Below the pieces are notes generated by a model. The model had not been told where the DNA came from and did no database searches. It saw only the letters and a list, made by a program, of their open reading frames with translations. A stretch of 64,000 bases of DNA from Acidobacteriota bacterium (lineage in GTDB: Bacteria; Acidobacteriota; UBA6911; RPQK01; JAJDTT01): positions 1,024,001 through 1,088,000 of the forward strand of contig OZ242374.1 in NCBI GenBank assembly GCA_965209055.1, read 5' to 3'. This document shows positions 8,470-18,824 of the stretch, in pieces. A program made the translations under genes and the position numbers. Positions within the stretch are counted from its first letter, which is position 1; every line of letters starts with the position of its first letter.

Positions 8470-10473
8470 ATGATTGAACTCGGTCGATATTGTCTGCTTG
8501 GCGGTCTAGCTCTGTCCGGGTACGGCGCCGTCGTGGCGGCCATCGCGGGACGCAGGAAGAACCTGGCACTGGCCCGGAGCGCCGAAAACAGTCTCGTGGC
8601 CGCGTTCGTGGTCGTGGTGGCGGCCTCCGCCTGTCTCATCCGTCTCCTCATGACGGACGATTTCCGCGTGCAATACGTCGCGTCCTACAGCGCCAGCAGC
8701 ATTCCCACGGTCTACAAGTTCAGCGCGTTCTGGGGCGGCCAGTCAGGGAGCCTGCTCATGTGGGCCCTGGTCCTGGCCTTCTTCTGCCTGGTTGCCGTGG
8801 TCCAGAACCGGAACCGCAACCGGAAACTGATGCCCTATGCCGTCGCCGTGATGGCCGGGACCCTGGGCTTCTTCATGCTCCTGTTGTCCTTTGCCACCAA
8901 TCCCTTCGACACCTTTCCCGCCGGAGCGGCACCTTCCGATGGCAACGGTCTCAATCCTCTGCTCCAAAACTCGTACATGGTGATCCATCCGCCGATTCTC
9001 TACCTGGGCTACATCGGCCTGACCATCCCCTTCGCCTTCGCCATGGCCGCTCTCATGTCCCGCACGCTGGACACCTCCTGGATCCGCGTGACCCGGCGCT
9101 GGACCCTGGTGGCCTGGATCTTCCTGACCATGGGCTTCACGCTGGGCGGGGTCTGGGCCTACGAGGAGCTGGGATGGGGAGGATACTGGGCATGGGACCC
9201 GGTGGAGAACTCCTCCTTCATGCCCTGGCTCTTCGCCACCGCCTTCCTGCACTCCATCATGATCACCGAGAAGAAGGGGATGCTGAAGCTGTGGAACTTC
9301 ATCCTGGTCCTGGTCGCCTTCGAGCTCTCCATCTTCGGCACCTTCATCACCCGGAGCGGCGTCATCTCATCGGTCCATTCCTTCGCCGTCTCCAACCTGG
9401 GACCGATGTTGGCGGTGTTCCTGTTGGTATCGACCCTGTTCGGGGTCTTCTGGATCGTCCGTAGATCGGATCAGCTCCGGAGCGAGCAGAAGATGAAGTC
9501 CTTCCTCTCGCGGGAAGCGACCTTCCTGCTGAACAACCTGCTGTTCGTCTCCATCTGCTTCGCCATCTTCTGGGGCACCGTCTTTCCCATCGTCACCGAG
9601 TGGGTCCTGGGGGGCGAGAAGATCACGGTGGCGGCGCCCTTCTTCAACCAGGTCACCTGGCCCCTGGCCCTGACCCTCCTGGCGCTCACCGGTATCTGCC
9701 CGCTGATCGCCTGGAGAAAGGCCTCCCTCAAGAATTTCCAGCGGAACTTCCTGATCCCGCTGGCCGGCGGGCTGCTCTTTGGAGGACTGGCCCTGTTCCT
9801 GGGCGTGCGGAGCATGATCCCTCTGCTCTTCTATTCCGCCTGCGGCTTCGTGGCCTTCTGCGTCTTCTTCGAGTTCTACAAGGGCGCCCGGGCCCGCCAG
9901 GGCATACGCTCCTCATCGTTCCTGGTCGCCCTGAAGGACCTGACCCTCATGAACAAGCGCCGCTACGGCGGCTTCATCATCCACCTGGGGGTCGTCGTGG
10001 CCTTCATCGGCATCATTTCCAGCTCGTTCTTCGACTCTGAGGAACTGGTCACCGTGAATCGGGGCGAGGAGTTCAAGCTGGGGCAGTACACCCTCAAGTT
10101 CCATGAGCTGGTCCAGAGAGCGGACCCGGAAAAGGACGTGGTCTACGCTCGAATCAGCGGATACGAGAACCAGGAGCCCATCGGCAACTTCTTCCCACAG
10201 AAACATTTTCACCACAAGGGCCAGCAACCCCAAAGCGAAGTGTCGATTCGGCGCACCCTCATGGACGATGTTTACGTGGTTCTGTCCGGCTACAACGAAG
10301 ACCTGACCCAGGCGACGTTCCACGTCTTCCTGAATCCCATGGTGCAGTGGGTCTGGATCGGCATCGGCATCATGGTCCTGGCCGGAGTCTTCCTCTTTTT
10401 CCCGGACAAGAAGCCGGTTGCGCGAGCTCGTGTGCGACGCCGGAGGGAGAGAGTTCGGACGGAAGCCGCCTGA
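8470..10473 (+). CDS. ccmF: Heme lyase CcmF
   Basis: HPP, WAYEELGWGGYWAWDPVEN (WWD domain), SVHSF motifs. Confidence 0.96.
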   Translation: MIELGRYCLLGGLALSGYGAVVAAIAGRRKNLALARSAENSLVAAFVVVVAASACLIRLLMTDDFRVQYVASYSASSIPTVYKFSAFWGGQSGSLLMWALVLAFFCLVAVVQNRNRNRKLMPYAVAVMAGTLGFFMLLLSFATNPFDTFPAGAAPSDGNGLNPLLQNSYMVIHPPILYLGYIGLTIPFAFAMAALMSRTLDTSWIRVTRRWTLVAWIFLTMGFTLGGVWAYEELGWGGYWAWDPVENSSFMPWLFATAFLHSIMITEKKGMLKLWNFILVLVAFELSIFGTFITRSGVISSVHSFAVSNLGPMLAVFLLVSTLFGVFWIVRRSDQLRSEQKMKSFLSREATFLLNNLLFVSICFAIFWGTVFPIVTEWVLGGEKITVAAPFFNQVTWPLALTLLALTGICPLIAWRKASLKNFQRNFLIPLAGGLLFGGLALFLGVRSMIPLLFYSACGFVAFCVFFEFYKGARARQGIRSSSFLVALKDLTLMNKRRYGGFIIHLGVVVAFIGIISSSFFDSEELVTVNRGEEFKLGQYTLKFHELVQRADPEKDVVYARISGYENQEPIGNFFPQKHFHHKGQQPQSEVSIRRTLMDDVYVVLSGYNEDLTQATFHVFLNPMVQWVWIGIGIMVLAGVFLFFPDKKPVARARVRRRRERVRTEAA

Positions 10474-10513
10474 TCCCGAAACGGCGGATTTCTACCCCTT
10501 GCGAGGAGTCTTC

Positions 10514-10825
10514 ATGGAGCTGATCATCGCTCCCATTCTTTTCATCGGAATGGTCCTTTACGTAGCCTATCCCCTGCTGTGGGGGGAGACCAAAACGGGA
10601 CCTCCCCCGGAAGCGCCCCGGACCGACCGCCAGGCGGTCCTGCGGGAGAAGGAGGATGTCGTCTCCGACCTGAAGGACATCGAGATGGATTTCCGAATGG
10701 GCAAGCTTTCGTCCCGGGACTACGAGGAATTGAAGTCCGAATACGAGGAGAGAGCCGTGGAGGTCTTCGAGCAGGTCGAGGCGCTTGAGCGGAAGCGGAA
10801 AAAGACCCGGAAGACCAGGGCCTGA
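10514..10825 (+). CDS. Small membrane-anchored protein resembling the CcmI N-terminal region
   Basis: GAGGAG RBS then ATG 10514; one TM then LKDIEMDFRMGKLSSRDYEELK; located in the ccm operon. Confidence 0.6.
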   Translation: MELIIAPILFIGMVLYVAYPLLWGETKTGPPPEAPRTDRQAVLREKEDVVSDLKDIEMDFRMGKLSSRDYEELKSEYEERAVEVFEQVEALERKRKKTRKTRA

Positions 10826-11547
10826 TGGCGCTGCGCATCTCCAACCTCACCAAGCGGTTCGGAGCCTTTCGGGCCGTCTCGGATCTGACCCTCGAGATCG
10901 AAAAGGGCCAATTCGCCGCCCTGTTCGGGCCCAACGGCGCCGGGAAGACGACCCTGCTGAAACTCGTCGCCGGCCTGCTCAGGCCGACGAGCGGAACCAT
11001 CTCCCTCCGGTTCAACGGGTCCGGAGCGGGACGGCGCAATGTCGGCTACGTATCCCACCAGAGCCTGCTCTACCAGGAAATGAACGGGATGGAAAATCTG
11101 TTGTTCTACTCGCGGCTCTACGGCGTCGCCCGGCCACGGGAACGGTCCCGCAGGGTGCTGGAGAGGATGGGACTCGCCGGAGCTGGAGAGCAATTGGTCC
11201 GGGAGTACTCCCGGGGCATGAAGCAGCGGCTGACATTGGGCCGCGCGCTCCTGCACGAGCCCACCCTGCTGCTGCTGGACGAGCCCTACGTGGGTCTGGA
11301 CCAGCAGGGGAACCGGCTCCTGACAAGCATTCTCCGAAGTCTCAGGGATGGAACCCACACCGTACTTCTCGTGACCCATAATTTGGCGGAGGGCCTGGAG
11401 CTTTGCGACCGGGTCCTGATTCAACACCGGGGTTCCCTGGTGTACGACCGTTCCTCCGACGGTCTGGGACGGCGCGAGGTTGAGGCGTTGTACATGGGAG
11501 CCGTGGAGGGGGAGGGAACGGCATCCCGTTCCGGGTCACGGGAGTGA
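10825..11547 (+). CDS. ccmA: Heme exporter ATP-binding protein CcmA
   Basis: Walker A GPNGAGKT, YSRGMKQR, LLLLDEP; ccm context. Confidence 0.88.
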   Translation: MALRISNLTKRFGAFRAVSDLTLEIEKGQFAALFGPNGAGKTTLLKLVAGLLRPTSGTISLRFNGSGAGRRNVGYVSHQSLLYQEMNGMENLLFYSRLYGVARPRERSRRVLERMGLAGAGEQLVREYSRGMKQRLTLGRALLHEPTLLLLDEPYVGLDQQGNRLLTSILRSLRDGTHTVLLVTHNLAEGLELCDRVLIQHRGSLVYDRSSDGLGRREVEALYMGAVEGEGTASRSGSRE

Positions 11548-11590
11548 TGCCGGCGAAGCTGCCCATCTTGTGCCGGCGGGATCTTGAGTC

Positions 11591-12889
11591 ATGAGTTGGT
11601 GGAACCTCTACTCGGCGCTTGGATGCTGCACGCTGGTCTTCCTGGCCTGGCTCAGTTCCACCAATCGGCGCGGCGTCTCGTGGAGAACGTCGGCGGCGGC
11701 CGCCGCCACCGTGGCGGTCATGGGAATCCTGGTCTTCTGGTGGCCCTTTTTCCGGGTCTGCCTGGTGGCCCTCAACGGCGCCGTGACCACTCTGCTCAAC
11801 GCCTCCGGCGCCGGCGCACGATTCCTCTTCGGTCCTCTGGCGGCCGGTCCGGGACAGGAGGAATCCCTGGGCTTCATCCTGGCCTTCCAGGTCTTCCCGG
11901 CCGTGGTCTTCTTCTCGGTGATCGTCTCTCTGCTCTATCACTTCGGAGTCCTTCCCTTCGTGGTGAGAAACATCGCCCGATGGGTTCACCGGGGATTCGG
12001 CATCAGCGGAGCCGAAGCCCTGGCCACCAGCAGCAACCTGTTCGTCGGCGTCGAATCGACGCTGACGGTCCGGCCCTTTCTGGAGCGCATGACCCGATCC
12101 GAATTGACGATGGTCCTGGCGTCGGGCCTCTCCACCATCGCCAGCTCGGTTCTGGCCGTCTACGCCGGTCTCCTGGAGCCCGTCTTTCCCTATATCGCCG
12201 GGCATTTGATCTCCGCGTCGGTGCTCTCCATTCCCGCGGCCGTTCTGATGTCCAAGATCATCGTCCCGGAAGAAGAAGAGCCTCAGACCCGGCGCACGGT
12301 ACCTCCCATGAAGGATTTCGCCGGGTCTCCAAACTGGATGGGAAGCCTCATCCAGGGCGCCAACGACGGCGTCCGCCTGTCGGTGGGAGTCGGCGCCCTC
12401 CTGATCGGAATGCTGGGATTGGTCGAGCTGCTGGACGTAATATTGGGAACGACGGCGGGCTGGGTCTCGAACCTGACGCTCCAGAAGGAACTGGATCTCA
12501 CGCTGCGGACACTCTTGAGCTGGGTCGCCTATCCCCTGGTTCTCTGTCTGGGGCTGACGCCGGACGAGTGGCCCGTCGCCGCCCGGCTCATCGGCGAACG
12601 CTGGATCCTGACCGAGGTGGTGGCCTACCAGGACCTGGCGAGTGTGGTCGCGGCGGGCGAGCTCTCGCCCCGAGGCCTCATGGTCCTGAGCTATGCCCTC
12701 TGCGGTTTCACTCACGTGCCTTCCGTGGCCATCTTCGCCGGGGGGCTGTCGGTGCTGGTCCCGGCTCGAAGAAACGACTTGGCCCGCCTCAGTTGGCCCG
12801 CCCTCTGGGCGGCCACACTTGCCACGCTCATGACCGGAGCGGCGGCGGGAGCCTTTTATCACGGTCAGGAAGGGTTGATGGGGCTTTGA
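11591..12889 (+). CDS. Concentrative nucleoside transporter (NupC/CNT family)
   Basis: GARFLFG, AFQVFP, SGAEAL..SSNLFVG, MTRSEL, YALCGF motifs. Confidence 0.88.
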   Translation: MSWWNLYSALGCCTLVFLAWLSSTNRRGVSWRTSAAAAATVAVMGILVFWWPFFRVCLVALNGAVTTLLNASGAGARFLFGPLAAGPGQEESLGFILAFQVFPAVVFFSVIVSLLYHFGVLPFVVRNIARWVHRGFGISGAEALATSSNLFVGVESTLTVRPFLERMTRSELTMVLASGLSTIASSVLAVYAGLLEPVFPYIAGHLISASVLSIPAAVLMSKIIVPEEEEPQTRRTVPPMKDFAGSPNWMGSLIQGANDGVRLSVGVGALLIGMLGLVELLDVILGTTAGWVSNLTLQKELDLTLRTLLSWVAYPLVLCLGLTPDEWPVAARLIGERWILTEVVAYQDLASVVAAGELSPRGLMVLSYALCGFTHVPSVAIFAGGLSVLVPARRNDLARLSWPALWAATLATLMTGAAAGAFYHGQEGLMGL

Positions 12890-13587
12890 GTCCCATTCGA
12901 AGCGTGCTGGACGGGCTGGGCCTGATCTGGACGCTGGCCGAGAAGGATCTTCGAATCGAATTCAGATCCCGCCAGGCCTTCTTCACCACCCTCTTCTTCT
13001 CTTTCCTGATCCTGATGGTGTTCAGCTTCGCGTTCGACCCGGCGAGCGAGACCACGCGGAAGGCGGCTCCGGGCATTCTCTGGGTGGCCCTGATCTTTCC
13101 CGGCGTGATTCAGCTCAATCGCTCGTTCCAATCGGAAAGAGAGGACGGGACGCTGCTCGGGATTCTCGTTTCGCCCATGGACCGGGGACTCATCTTTTTC
13201 GGCAAGTTCCTGGCCAATTGGATCTTCCTGTTGGCCGTCGACCTGTTGACCCTGGCCATCTTCATGGTCATTTTCAAGTTTTCCCCGACCCCGGCCACGC
13301 TCTGGATGCTGCTTTTGATTCTCCTCTCCAGCCTGGGATTCTCTGCCGTGGGGACATTGTTCGGCGCCATGGTCTCCAGCATCCGGACCCGGGAGGTCCT
13401 GCTTCCCATACTGTTGTTTCCCATCGTCATTCCGGTGATCCTGGCGGCGGTGAACGGCAGCACGGAGGTTCTGCTGGGGGAAAAGTTCCGCTTATTCTTC
13501 CAATGGATTAAGATACTGGTCGCCTTTGACGTGATCTTCCTGGCGGCCTCTTATCTGGTGTTCGAGTATGTGGTCGAAGAATCTTGA
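12886..13587 (+). CDS. ccmB: Heme exporter permease CcmB
   Basis: KDLRIEFRSR, APGILWV, FQSEREDGTL, REVLLPILLFP; start approximate (TTG 12886 or GTG 12905). Confidence 0.9.
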   Translation: MSPIRSVLDGLGLIWTLAEKDLRIEFRSRQAFFTTLFFSFLILMVFSFAFDPASETTRKAAPGILWVALIFPGVIQLNRSFQSEREDGTLLGILVSPMDRGLIFFGKFLANWIFLLAVDLLTLAIFMVIFKFSPTPATLWMLLLILLSSLGFSAVGTLFGAMVSSIRTREVLLPILLFPIVIPVILAAVNGSTEVLLGEKFRLFFQWIKILVAFDVIFLAASYLVFEYVVEES

Positions 13588-14290
13588 TGCGGACCGGCAG
13601 ACGATTCGCCGTTACACGGTTTGGGCCGGACGGCTCATGGCGCCGGCCTACCTTCTGGGAGCGTTGGCCCTCTACGCCGCATTCCTGTACGCCCCCACGG
13701 AGCAGGTCATGGGCGACGTTCAGCGGATCTTCTACTTCCACGTGGGGTCCGCCTGGAACGCCTTTCTGGCCTTTCTGGTCGTCTTCCTGGCCAGTATCGC
13801 GTATCTCAAGACCCGGCGCGTCAAATGGGACCAGTTGGCCGTGGCCTCCACCGAGGTGGGCGTGGTGTTCACGACCATCACCCTGGTCACCGGGTCGATC
13901 TGGGCCAAGCCGATCTGGTACACCTGGTGGCCGGTGGGCGATCCGCGGGTCACGACCACGCTGGTGTTGTGGCTGATGTACGTCTCGTACCTCATCCTCC
14001 GGAGCAGCCTTCCCGAGGGGGATCAGAAATACAAATTCTGCGCCGTGCTGGGCATCGTCGGTTTCATCAACGTCCCCATCGTCTGGATGTCCATCCGCTG
14101 GTGGAGGACCCACCATCCCGTGGTCATCACTTCCAGCGGCATGAATCTGGAGTCGAGGATGGTGGACGCGCTGATGATCTCCGTATTCGCTTTCGCGGCC
14201 CTCTATTCGGTCCTTCTCTGCTTGAGAACATCCATGCGTCTCCAAGAGCGCGTGACTCGGGAAATGGAAGCGGAGGTTCTGGCCAAATGA
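13568..14290 (+). CDS. ccmC: Heme exporter / CcmE-loading protein CcmC
   Basis: RIFYFHV, GSIWAKPIWYTWW..DPR (WWD), WWRTHHP; start uncertain. Confidence 0.93.
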   Translation: MWSKNLDADRQTIRRYTVWAGRLMAPAYLLGALALYAAFLYAPTEQVMGDVQRIFYFHVGSAWNAFLAFLVVFLASIAYLKTRRVKWDQLAVASTEVGVVFTTITLVTGSIWAKPIWYTWWPVGDPRVTTTLVLWLMYVSYLILRSSLPEGDQKYKFCAVLGIVGFINVPIVWMSIRWWRTHHPVVITSSGMNLESRMVDALMISVFAFAALYSVLLCLRTSMRLQERVTREMEAEVLAK

Positions 14291-14303
14291 TGGAGAACGG
14301 ATC

Positions 14304-14465
14304 ATGATCGGCTATCTCTTCGCCGCCTACATGGTCATCTGGACCCTGCTGTTTGCCTACCTTCTCCATATTGCCCGGTCCCAGCGCCGGCTGGGGCGGC
14401 GGCTGGATGCGCTGTCCGCGGAGATCCAGGACCGCGGCGGCACTTCCGGCGGCTCCAAGTCCTGA
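14304..14465 (+). CDS. ccmD: CcmD-family small protein (53 aa; missing from the ORF track)
   Basis: MIGYLFAAYMVIWTLLFAYLLHIARSQRRLGRRLDAL...: one TM plus basic tail, directly after ccmC, GGAG upstream. Confidence 0.8.
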   Translation: MIGYLFAAYMVIWTLLFAYLLHIARSQRRLGRRLDALSAEIQDRGGTSGGSKS

Positions 14466-14487
14466 CTCAAGGGCGGGACATCCGCCC

Positions 14488-14517
14488 TTGACAGCCCCGA
14501 TTTCGAATCTTACTAGT
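14488..14517 (+). promoter_or_regulatory. Putative sigma70-type promoter of dnaK
   Basis: TTGACA at 14488-14493, 17-nt spacer, imperfect -10 TACTAG(T). Confidence 0.4.
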
Positions 14518-14551
14518 CATTAGCGAATAGACACGCAGGAGGAAGACCGAA

Positions 14552-16477
14552 ATGTCGAGAATCATCGGTATCGATCTGGGAACCACGAACTCCGTGGTGG
14601 CGGTGATGGAAGGAAACAAGCCGACCGTCATCGCCAACCAGGAAGGCGGCCGCACGACTGCTTCAGTCGTCGCCATCACCAAGAGCGGCGAGCGCCTGGT
14701 GGGCCAGGTGGCCAAGCGTCAAGCCATCACCAATCCCGAGAACACCGCCTATTCCATCAAGCGTTTCATGGGGCGCAAGTACGGCGAAGTGAACGAAGAG
14801 ATCGGAATGGTCCCCTACCAGGTCTACGCCGCTGGCAACGGTGACGCCCAGGTGGTCCTGGGAGGCAAGAATCTCTCCCCACCCGAAGTGTCGGCCATGA
14901 TCCTGCAAAAGCTCCGGTCCGCCGCCGAGGAGTATCTGGGCGAGAGCGTCGCCCAGGCCGTCATCACCGTTCCGGCCTACTTCAACGACTCGCAGCGGCA
15001 GGCCACCAAGGACGCCGGAAAAATAGCCGGACTGGAGGTCCTGAGGCTCGTCAACGAGCCGACGGCCGCCGCTCTGGCTTATGGCCTGGACCAGAAGGAG
15101 GACCAGACCATCGCCGTTTTCGACTTCGGCGGCGGCACCTTCGACATCTCGATCCTGGAGGTCGGCGAGGGGATCGTCGAGGTCAAGGCCACCAACGGCG
15201 ACACGCACCTGGGCGGCGACAACATCGATCAACGCCTCATCGACTGGGTGGTCGACGAATTCCAGAAAGATCAGGGAATCGATCTCTCCCGGGACAAGAT
15301 GGCCCTGCAGCGATTGAAGGAGGCGGCGGAAAAGGCCAAGACCGAACTCTCCACGACCCAGGAGACCGACATCAACCTTCCGTTCATCACGGCCGACGCC
15401 AGCGGTCCCAAGCACCTGAACCTGAAGCTGACCCGGTCCCGCTTCGAGCGGTTGGTGGAAGACCTGCTGCAAAGGACGGTGAAACCTTGCCGCCAAGCTC
15501 TGGCGGATGCCTCCATGAATCCCCAGGAAGTGAACGAGGTGGTTCTGGTCGGCGGCTCCACGCGGATCCCGAGAGTGCACGAGATCGTCCGCGAGTTCTT
15601 CGGCAAAGAGCCTCACAAGGGTGTCAATCCGGACGAGGTGGTCGGCGTAGGCGCCGCCGTCCAAGCCGGCGTTCTGGGAGGAGAGGTCAAGGATGTCCTG
15701 CTCCTGGACGTCACGCCGCTTTCTCTCGGTATCGAGACTTTGGGCGGCGTCGCCACCGTGCTGATTCCCAGAAATACGACCATTCCCACGCGCAAGAGCG
15801 AAGTCTTCTCCACTGCCGCCGACAGCCAGACTTCGGTTGAGGTGCATGTACAGCAGGGAGAACGGCCCATGGCCAGAGACAACAAGTCTCTGGGACGGTT
15901 TCACCTGACGGGAATTCCACCCGCCCCCCGGGGCATCCCTCAGATCGAGGTGACCTTCGACATCGACGCCAACGGCATCCTCAACGTGAGCGCCAAAGAT
16001 CTGGGGACCGGAACGGAGCAGAAAATCACCATCACCGGCTCCAGCGGACTCAGCGACGACGAGATCCGGAATATGGTGAGGGAGGCCGAGGACCACAGCG
16101 AGGAAGACCGGCGGAAGAAGGAGGAGATCGAGGTCCGGAACCAAGCCGACAACCTGGTTTATTCCACCGAGAAACTGGTCAAGGACAACCGGGACAAGAT
16201 TCCGGAAGCGGACGCCAATGCCGTCGAGGCGGCCATCGCCGAAACCCGCAAAGCCATGGAGGGAGGCGACGTGGAGGCCATCAAGCAGAGCATGGAAACG
16301 CTGCAGCAGGCCTCGCACCAGGTGGCTCAGGCCATGTACCAACAGACTCAGCAGTCAGGACCTGCCGAGCCTCAGCCGTCCGGACCCGGCGGGCCGGAGA
16401 ATCCTGCGGGTGGCGCTCAAGAGGATGATGGCCAGGTGATCGACGCCGAATACGTCGACGTGGACGACAAGAAGTAA
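14552..16477 (+). CDS. dnaK: Chaperone DnaK
   Basis: [32 protein letters not shown]; C-terminal [11 protein letters not shown]. Confidence 0.98.
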   Translation: MSRIIGIDLGTTNSVVAVMEGNKPTVIANQEGGRTTASVVAITKSGERLVGQVAKRQAITNPENTAYSIKRFMGRKYGEVNEEIGMVPYQVYAAGNGDAQVVLGGKNLSPPEVSAMILQKLRSAAEEYLGESVAQAVITVPAYFNDSQRQATKDAGKIAGLEVLRLVNEPTAAALAYGLDQKEDQTIAVFDFGGGTFDISILEVGEGIVEVKATNGDTHLGGDNIDQRLIDWVVDEFQKDQGIDLSRDKMALQRLKEAAEKAKTELSTTQETDINLPFITADASGPKHLNLKLTRSRFERLVEDLLQRTVKPCRQALADASMNPQEVNEVVLVGGSTRIPRVHEIVREFFGKEPHKGVNPDEVVGVGAAVQAGVLGGEVKDVLLLDVTPLSLGIETLGGVATVLIPRNTTIPTRKSEVFSTAADSQTSVEVHVQQGERPMARDNKSLGRFHLTGIPPAPRGIPQIEVTFDIDANGILNVSAKDLGTGTEQKITITGSSGLSDDEIRNMVREAEDHSEEDRRKKEEIEVRNQADNLVYSTEKLVKDNRDKIPEADANAVEAAIAETRKAMEGGDVEAIKQSMETLQQASHQVAQAMYQQTQQSGPAEPQPSGPGGPENPAGGAQEDDGQVIDAEYVDVDDKK

Positions 16478-16525
16478 TCCGGTTTTTTCCAGCTGGGGCG
16501 GGAACGAAACAGATCCGCTTTCAAG

Positions 16526-16975
16526 TCAACAGGAATCGATCCCGGCCACACTCCGCTCCGCCTTCCGGAGACGGTCCCTGAGCTTGGCGAACGCCTGTTC
16601 CGTTCTCCGCTGCGCCGTCTGGGAACCGGAGCTTCCCGACAGCAGTTCCTTGACCCGGCGAAAGGAGTGCTCCAGGTCAGGAAGAATCCTGGCGGTCCGG
16701 GTGGGGTCGTAGGGGATGCAGACCCGGTCCAATCCCAACTCGGTGAAAATCACCAGGTAGCGAGCGCTGGTGATGTCGGGACAGACGACTTTTTTGGATC
16801 CGGCACGGATCTCAAAACCTAGAAGCGTGTCCATGATCCGGGGGCTGCACTTTCTTCCCGGTAGGCTGACGAAGCGAACTCTTCCGTCCAGAACATGTTC
16901 TTTGTAAACGGCCTCGATGCAGCCCGTCTCATGTTCGATGCCTTCCGTATCCATGTCTTGCACCGGCTCGACCAA
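16526..16975 (-). CDS. Hypothetical protein
   Basis: 149 aa ORF with protein-like composition filling the gap after dnaK; no recognisable family. Confidence 0.6.
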   Translation of the reverse strand: MVEPVQDMDTEGIEHETGCIEAVYKEHVLDGRVRFVSLPGRKCSPRIMDTLLGFEIRAGSKKVVCPDITSARYLVIFTELGLDRVCIPYDPTRTARILPDLEHSFRRVKELLSGSSGSQTAQRRTEQAFAKLRDRLRKAERSVAGIDSC

Positions 16976-17081
16976 GGACGAAGTCCTCTATTGAATTCTA
17001 ATAGATTCTAACGCTTCGGAGGTTCCGACGAATGAGTGAGCCGAATCGGAACCCGAAGGCCCATGGATCGGCTTTGGTAAC

Positions 17082-17750
17082 ATGTCTATCGAAATGGCGC
17101 TGTTCACAGTCTGCGGCTTGAGCTTCTGGCAGCAGATCCAGGAGACGCTCAACGGCCTCTACGAGACGATCGTGGAGTATGGAGGGCCCGCCCTGCTGTT
17201 GGTGGCGCTGGCCGATTCCTCCTTCCTTTCCATTCCCGAAGGAAACGACATTCTCATCATTGCCTTGTCCACCGGACAGTCCTGGGACCTCATGGCCTAT
17301 TACGTGGCCATGACCATCACCGGATCGGTGATGGGATGCACGCTCCTGTACAGCGTCGGACGCAGAGGGGGGAACTTCGTCAAGAGGAGGTTGTCCGAGG
17401 AGAGGCGAACCGAGATGCGGCGGCTGTACAACCGCTGGGGGATCTGGACTCTGTTGGTGCCGGCCATCCTCCCCCCACCCACTCCCTTCAAGATCTTCGT
17501 CCTTTCCGCCGGACTCTTCCGGATCCCTCTGGCCCGATTCATTGTCCTGATCTCTCTGGGCAGGAGCATCCGGTACTTCATGTGGGGAATTTTGGCAGTC
17601 CTCTACGGCGAGGCGGCCAAGCAGCTCGTCCAAGAGGAAATGAAGACCGTGGGAGTGGTCCTTTTCGTGTCCCTGGCCGCCGTCTTGACGGGGATCGTCC
17701 TGATCCGGAGAAGAAACCGAAAGAAGGCTTTCTCCGGGGAGGCGACGTGA
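17082..17750 (+). CDS. DedA/VTT-domain membrane protein
   Basis: ALADSSFLSIPEGND, ILPPPTPFKIFVLSAG, GRSIRY. Confidence 0.85.
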   Translation: MSIEMALFTVCGLSFWQQIQETLNGLYETIVEYGGPALLLVALADSSFLSIPEGNDILIIALSTGQSWDLMAYYVAMTITGSVMGCTLLYSVGRRGGNFVKRRLSEERRTEMRRLYNRWGIWTLLVPAILPPPTPFKIFVLSAGLFRIPLARFIVLISLGRSIRYFMWGILAVLYGEAAKQLVQEEMKTVGVVLFVSLAAVLTGIVLIRRRNRKKAFSGEAT

Positions 17751-18625
17751 TTCCACCGGCCTCCGGTTCGGCAGGTCGCGCGCTCCTCGCGATCCTGATG
17801 CTGGCGCTGTTTCCGGCCGGCTGCAGAAAGGTCATCAAGACGAAGGTCCGGGTCGACAAGGCGCCGGTCCACCGCCAGGTTCTGCACTCCACGCTCCCCG
17901 ACCTGGTCCAACTGGTGAACTCATCCTACGCCGGTATGGAAAGCCTGATCGCCAAGATGAGCTTGGAGTTGCAAGGGGAAACGCCGGACGAAAACTACTA
18001 TGAGCGCTATCGGAAAACACCTGCCCAAATCATCGCCCAGAGCCCCGATTCCATCCGCATCAACGTGCAGAATCCGTTGACTCGAACCACCATCATCGCC
18101 ATGGCCAGCAGCCAGGCCAAATTCCAGATCTGGGCTCCTACGAAGAACAAGTTCGTAACCGGCAGCACCGATCTCGAGCGCAACGACGACAATCCCATCT
18201 ACAACGTGCGGCCGGAGCACGTATTCCCGGCCATCCTGATTGAGCCGCTGCCGGTGGGACCGTCGGCGGGGGTCTTCCTGATCGAGGAGACGGACGCAAG
18301 ATCCAAGTACTACGTCATCCATGAACTGGAAAGCGGGAATCTACGTCTGAAGAGGAGACTCTGGATCGAGCGCAGCAGGCTGGAATTGGTGCGTCAGGAT
18401 TACTACGACACCGACGGGGGGGTTGCCAGCTTGATTCGTTACACTGCGCCCGTCGCTGAGGGTCAGGCGGTCGTCAACACCGGGATCGTGCTGGAGCGGC
18501 CCCGGGATCGATACACGCTCCGGCTCCGGTTGGACCCGAAGAGCCTGAAGACCGGGCGCCAATTGGAGGAACGGCACTTCGACCTGCCGATTCCGCCGGG
18601 GGCGGAATTGATCGAGCTGCGATAG
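17747..18625 (+). CDS. Lipoprotein, possibly LolA/LolB-like fold
   Basis: GTG start overlapping the upstream stop (GTGA); lipobox LFPAGC; beta-rich mature region. Fold is inferred. Confidence 0.6.
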   Translation: MIPPASGSAGRALLAILMLALFPAGCRKVIKTKVRVDKAPVHRQVLHSTLPDLVQLVNSSYAGMESLIAKMSLELQGETPDENYYERYRKTPAQIIAQSPDSIRINVQNPLTRTTIIAMASSQAKFQIWAPTKNKFVTGSTDLERNDDNPIYNVRPEHVFPAILIEPLPVGPSAGVFLIEETDARSKYYVIHELESGNLRLKRRLWIERSRLELVRQDYYDTDGGVASLIRYTAPVAEGQAVVNTGIVLERPRDRYTLRLRLDPKSLKTGRQLEERHFDLPIPPGAELIELR

Positions 18626-18824
18626 GCCGGAACAGGACACCGATTCACCTGGATTCTCCCGGTCGGCGGAGACCGCCGATCCCCTGGCTGCCGGCGTCCG
18701 ACGACGTTGAAGCCCGATTCCGAACCGGTATACAATGTCGTTTGCGGTTACCCTGGATCGTCCAGTCAAGGCTCGTGGCCGAGAGGGCTCCCGTCATTTG
18801 ATTTTCGCTCCGGGACTCTCCTGA

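Noticed and set aside
11584-13587. 667-aa ORF suggesting a fused CcmB
   Set aside because: The first ~434 codons are a shadow frame over the NupC gene; only the part from ~12886 is CcmB
14466-14551. CIRCE element upstream of dnaK
   Set aside because: TTAGCGAAT is not followed by the GAGTGCTAA half-site at 9-nt spacing
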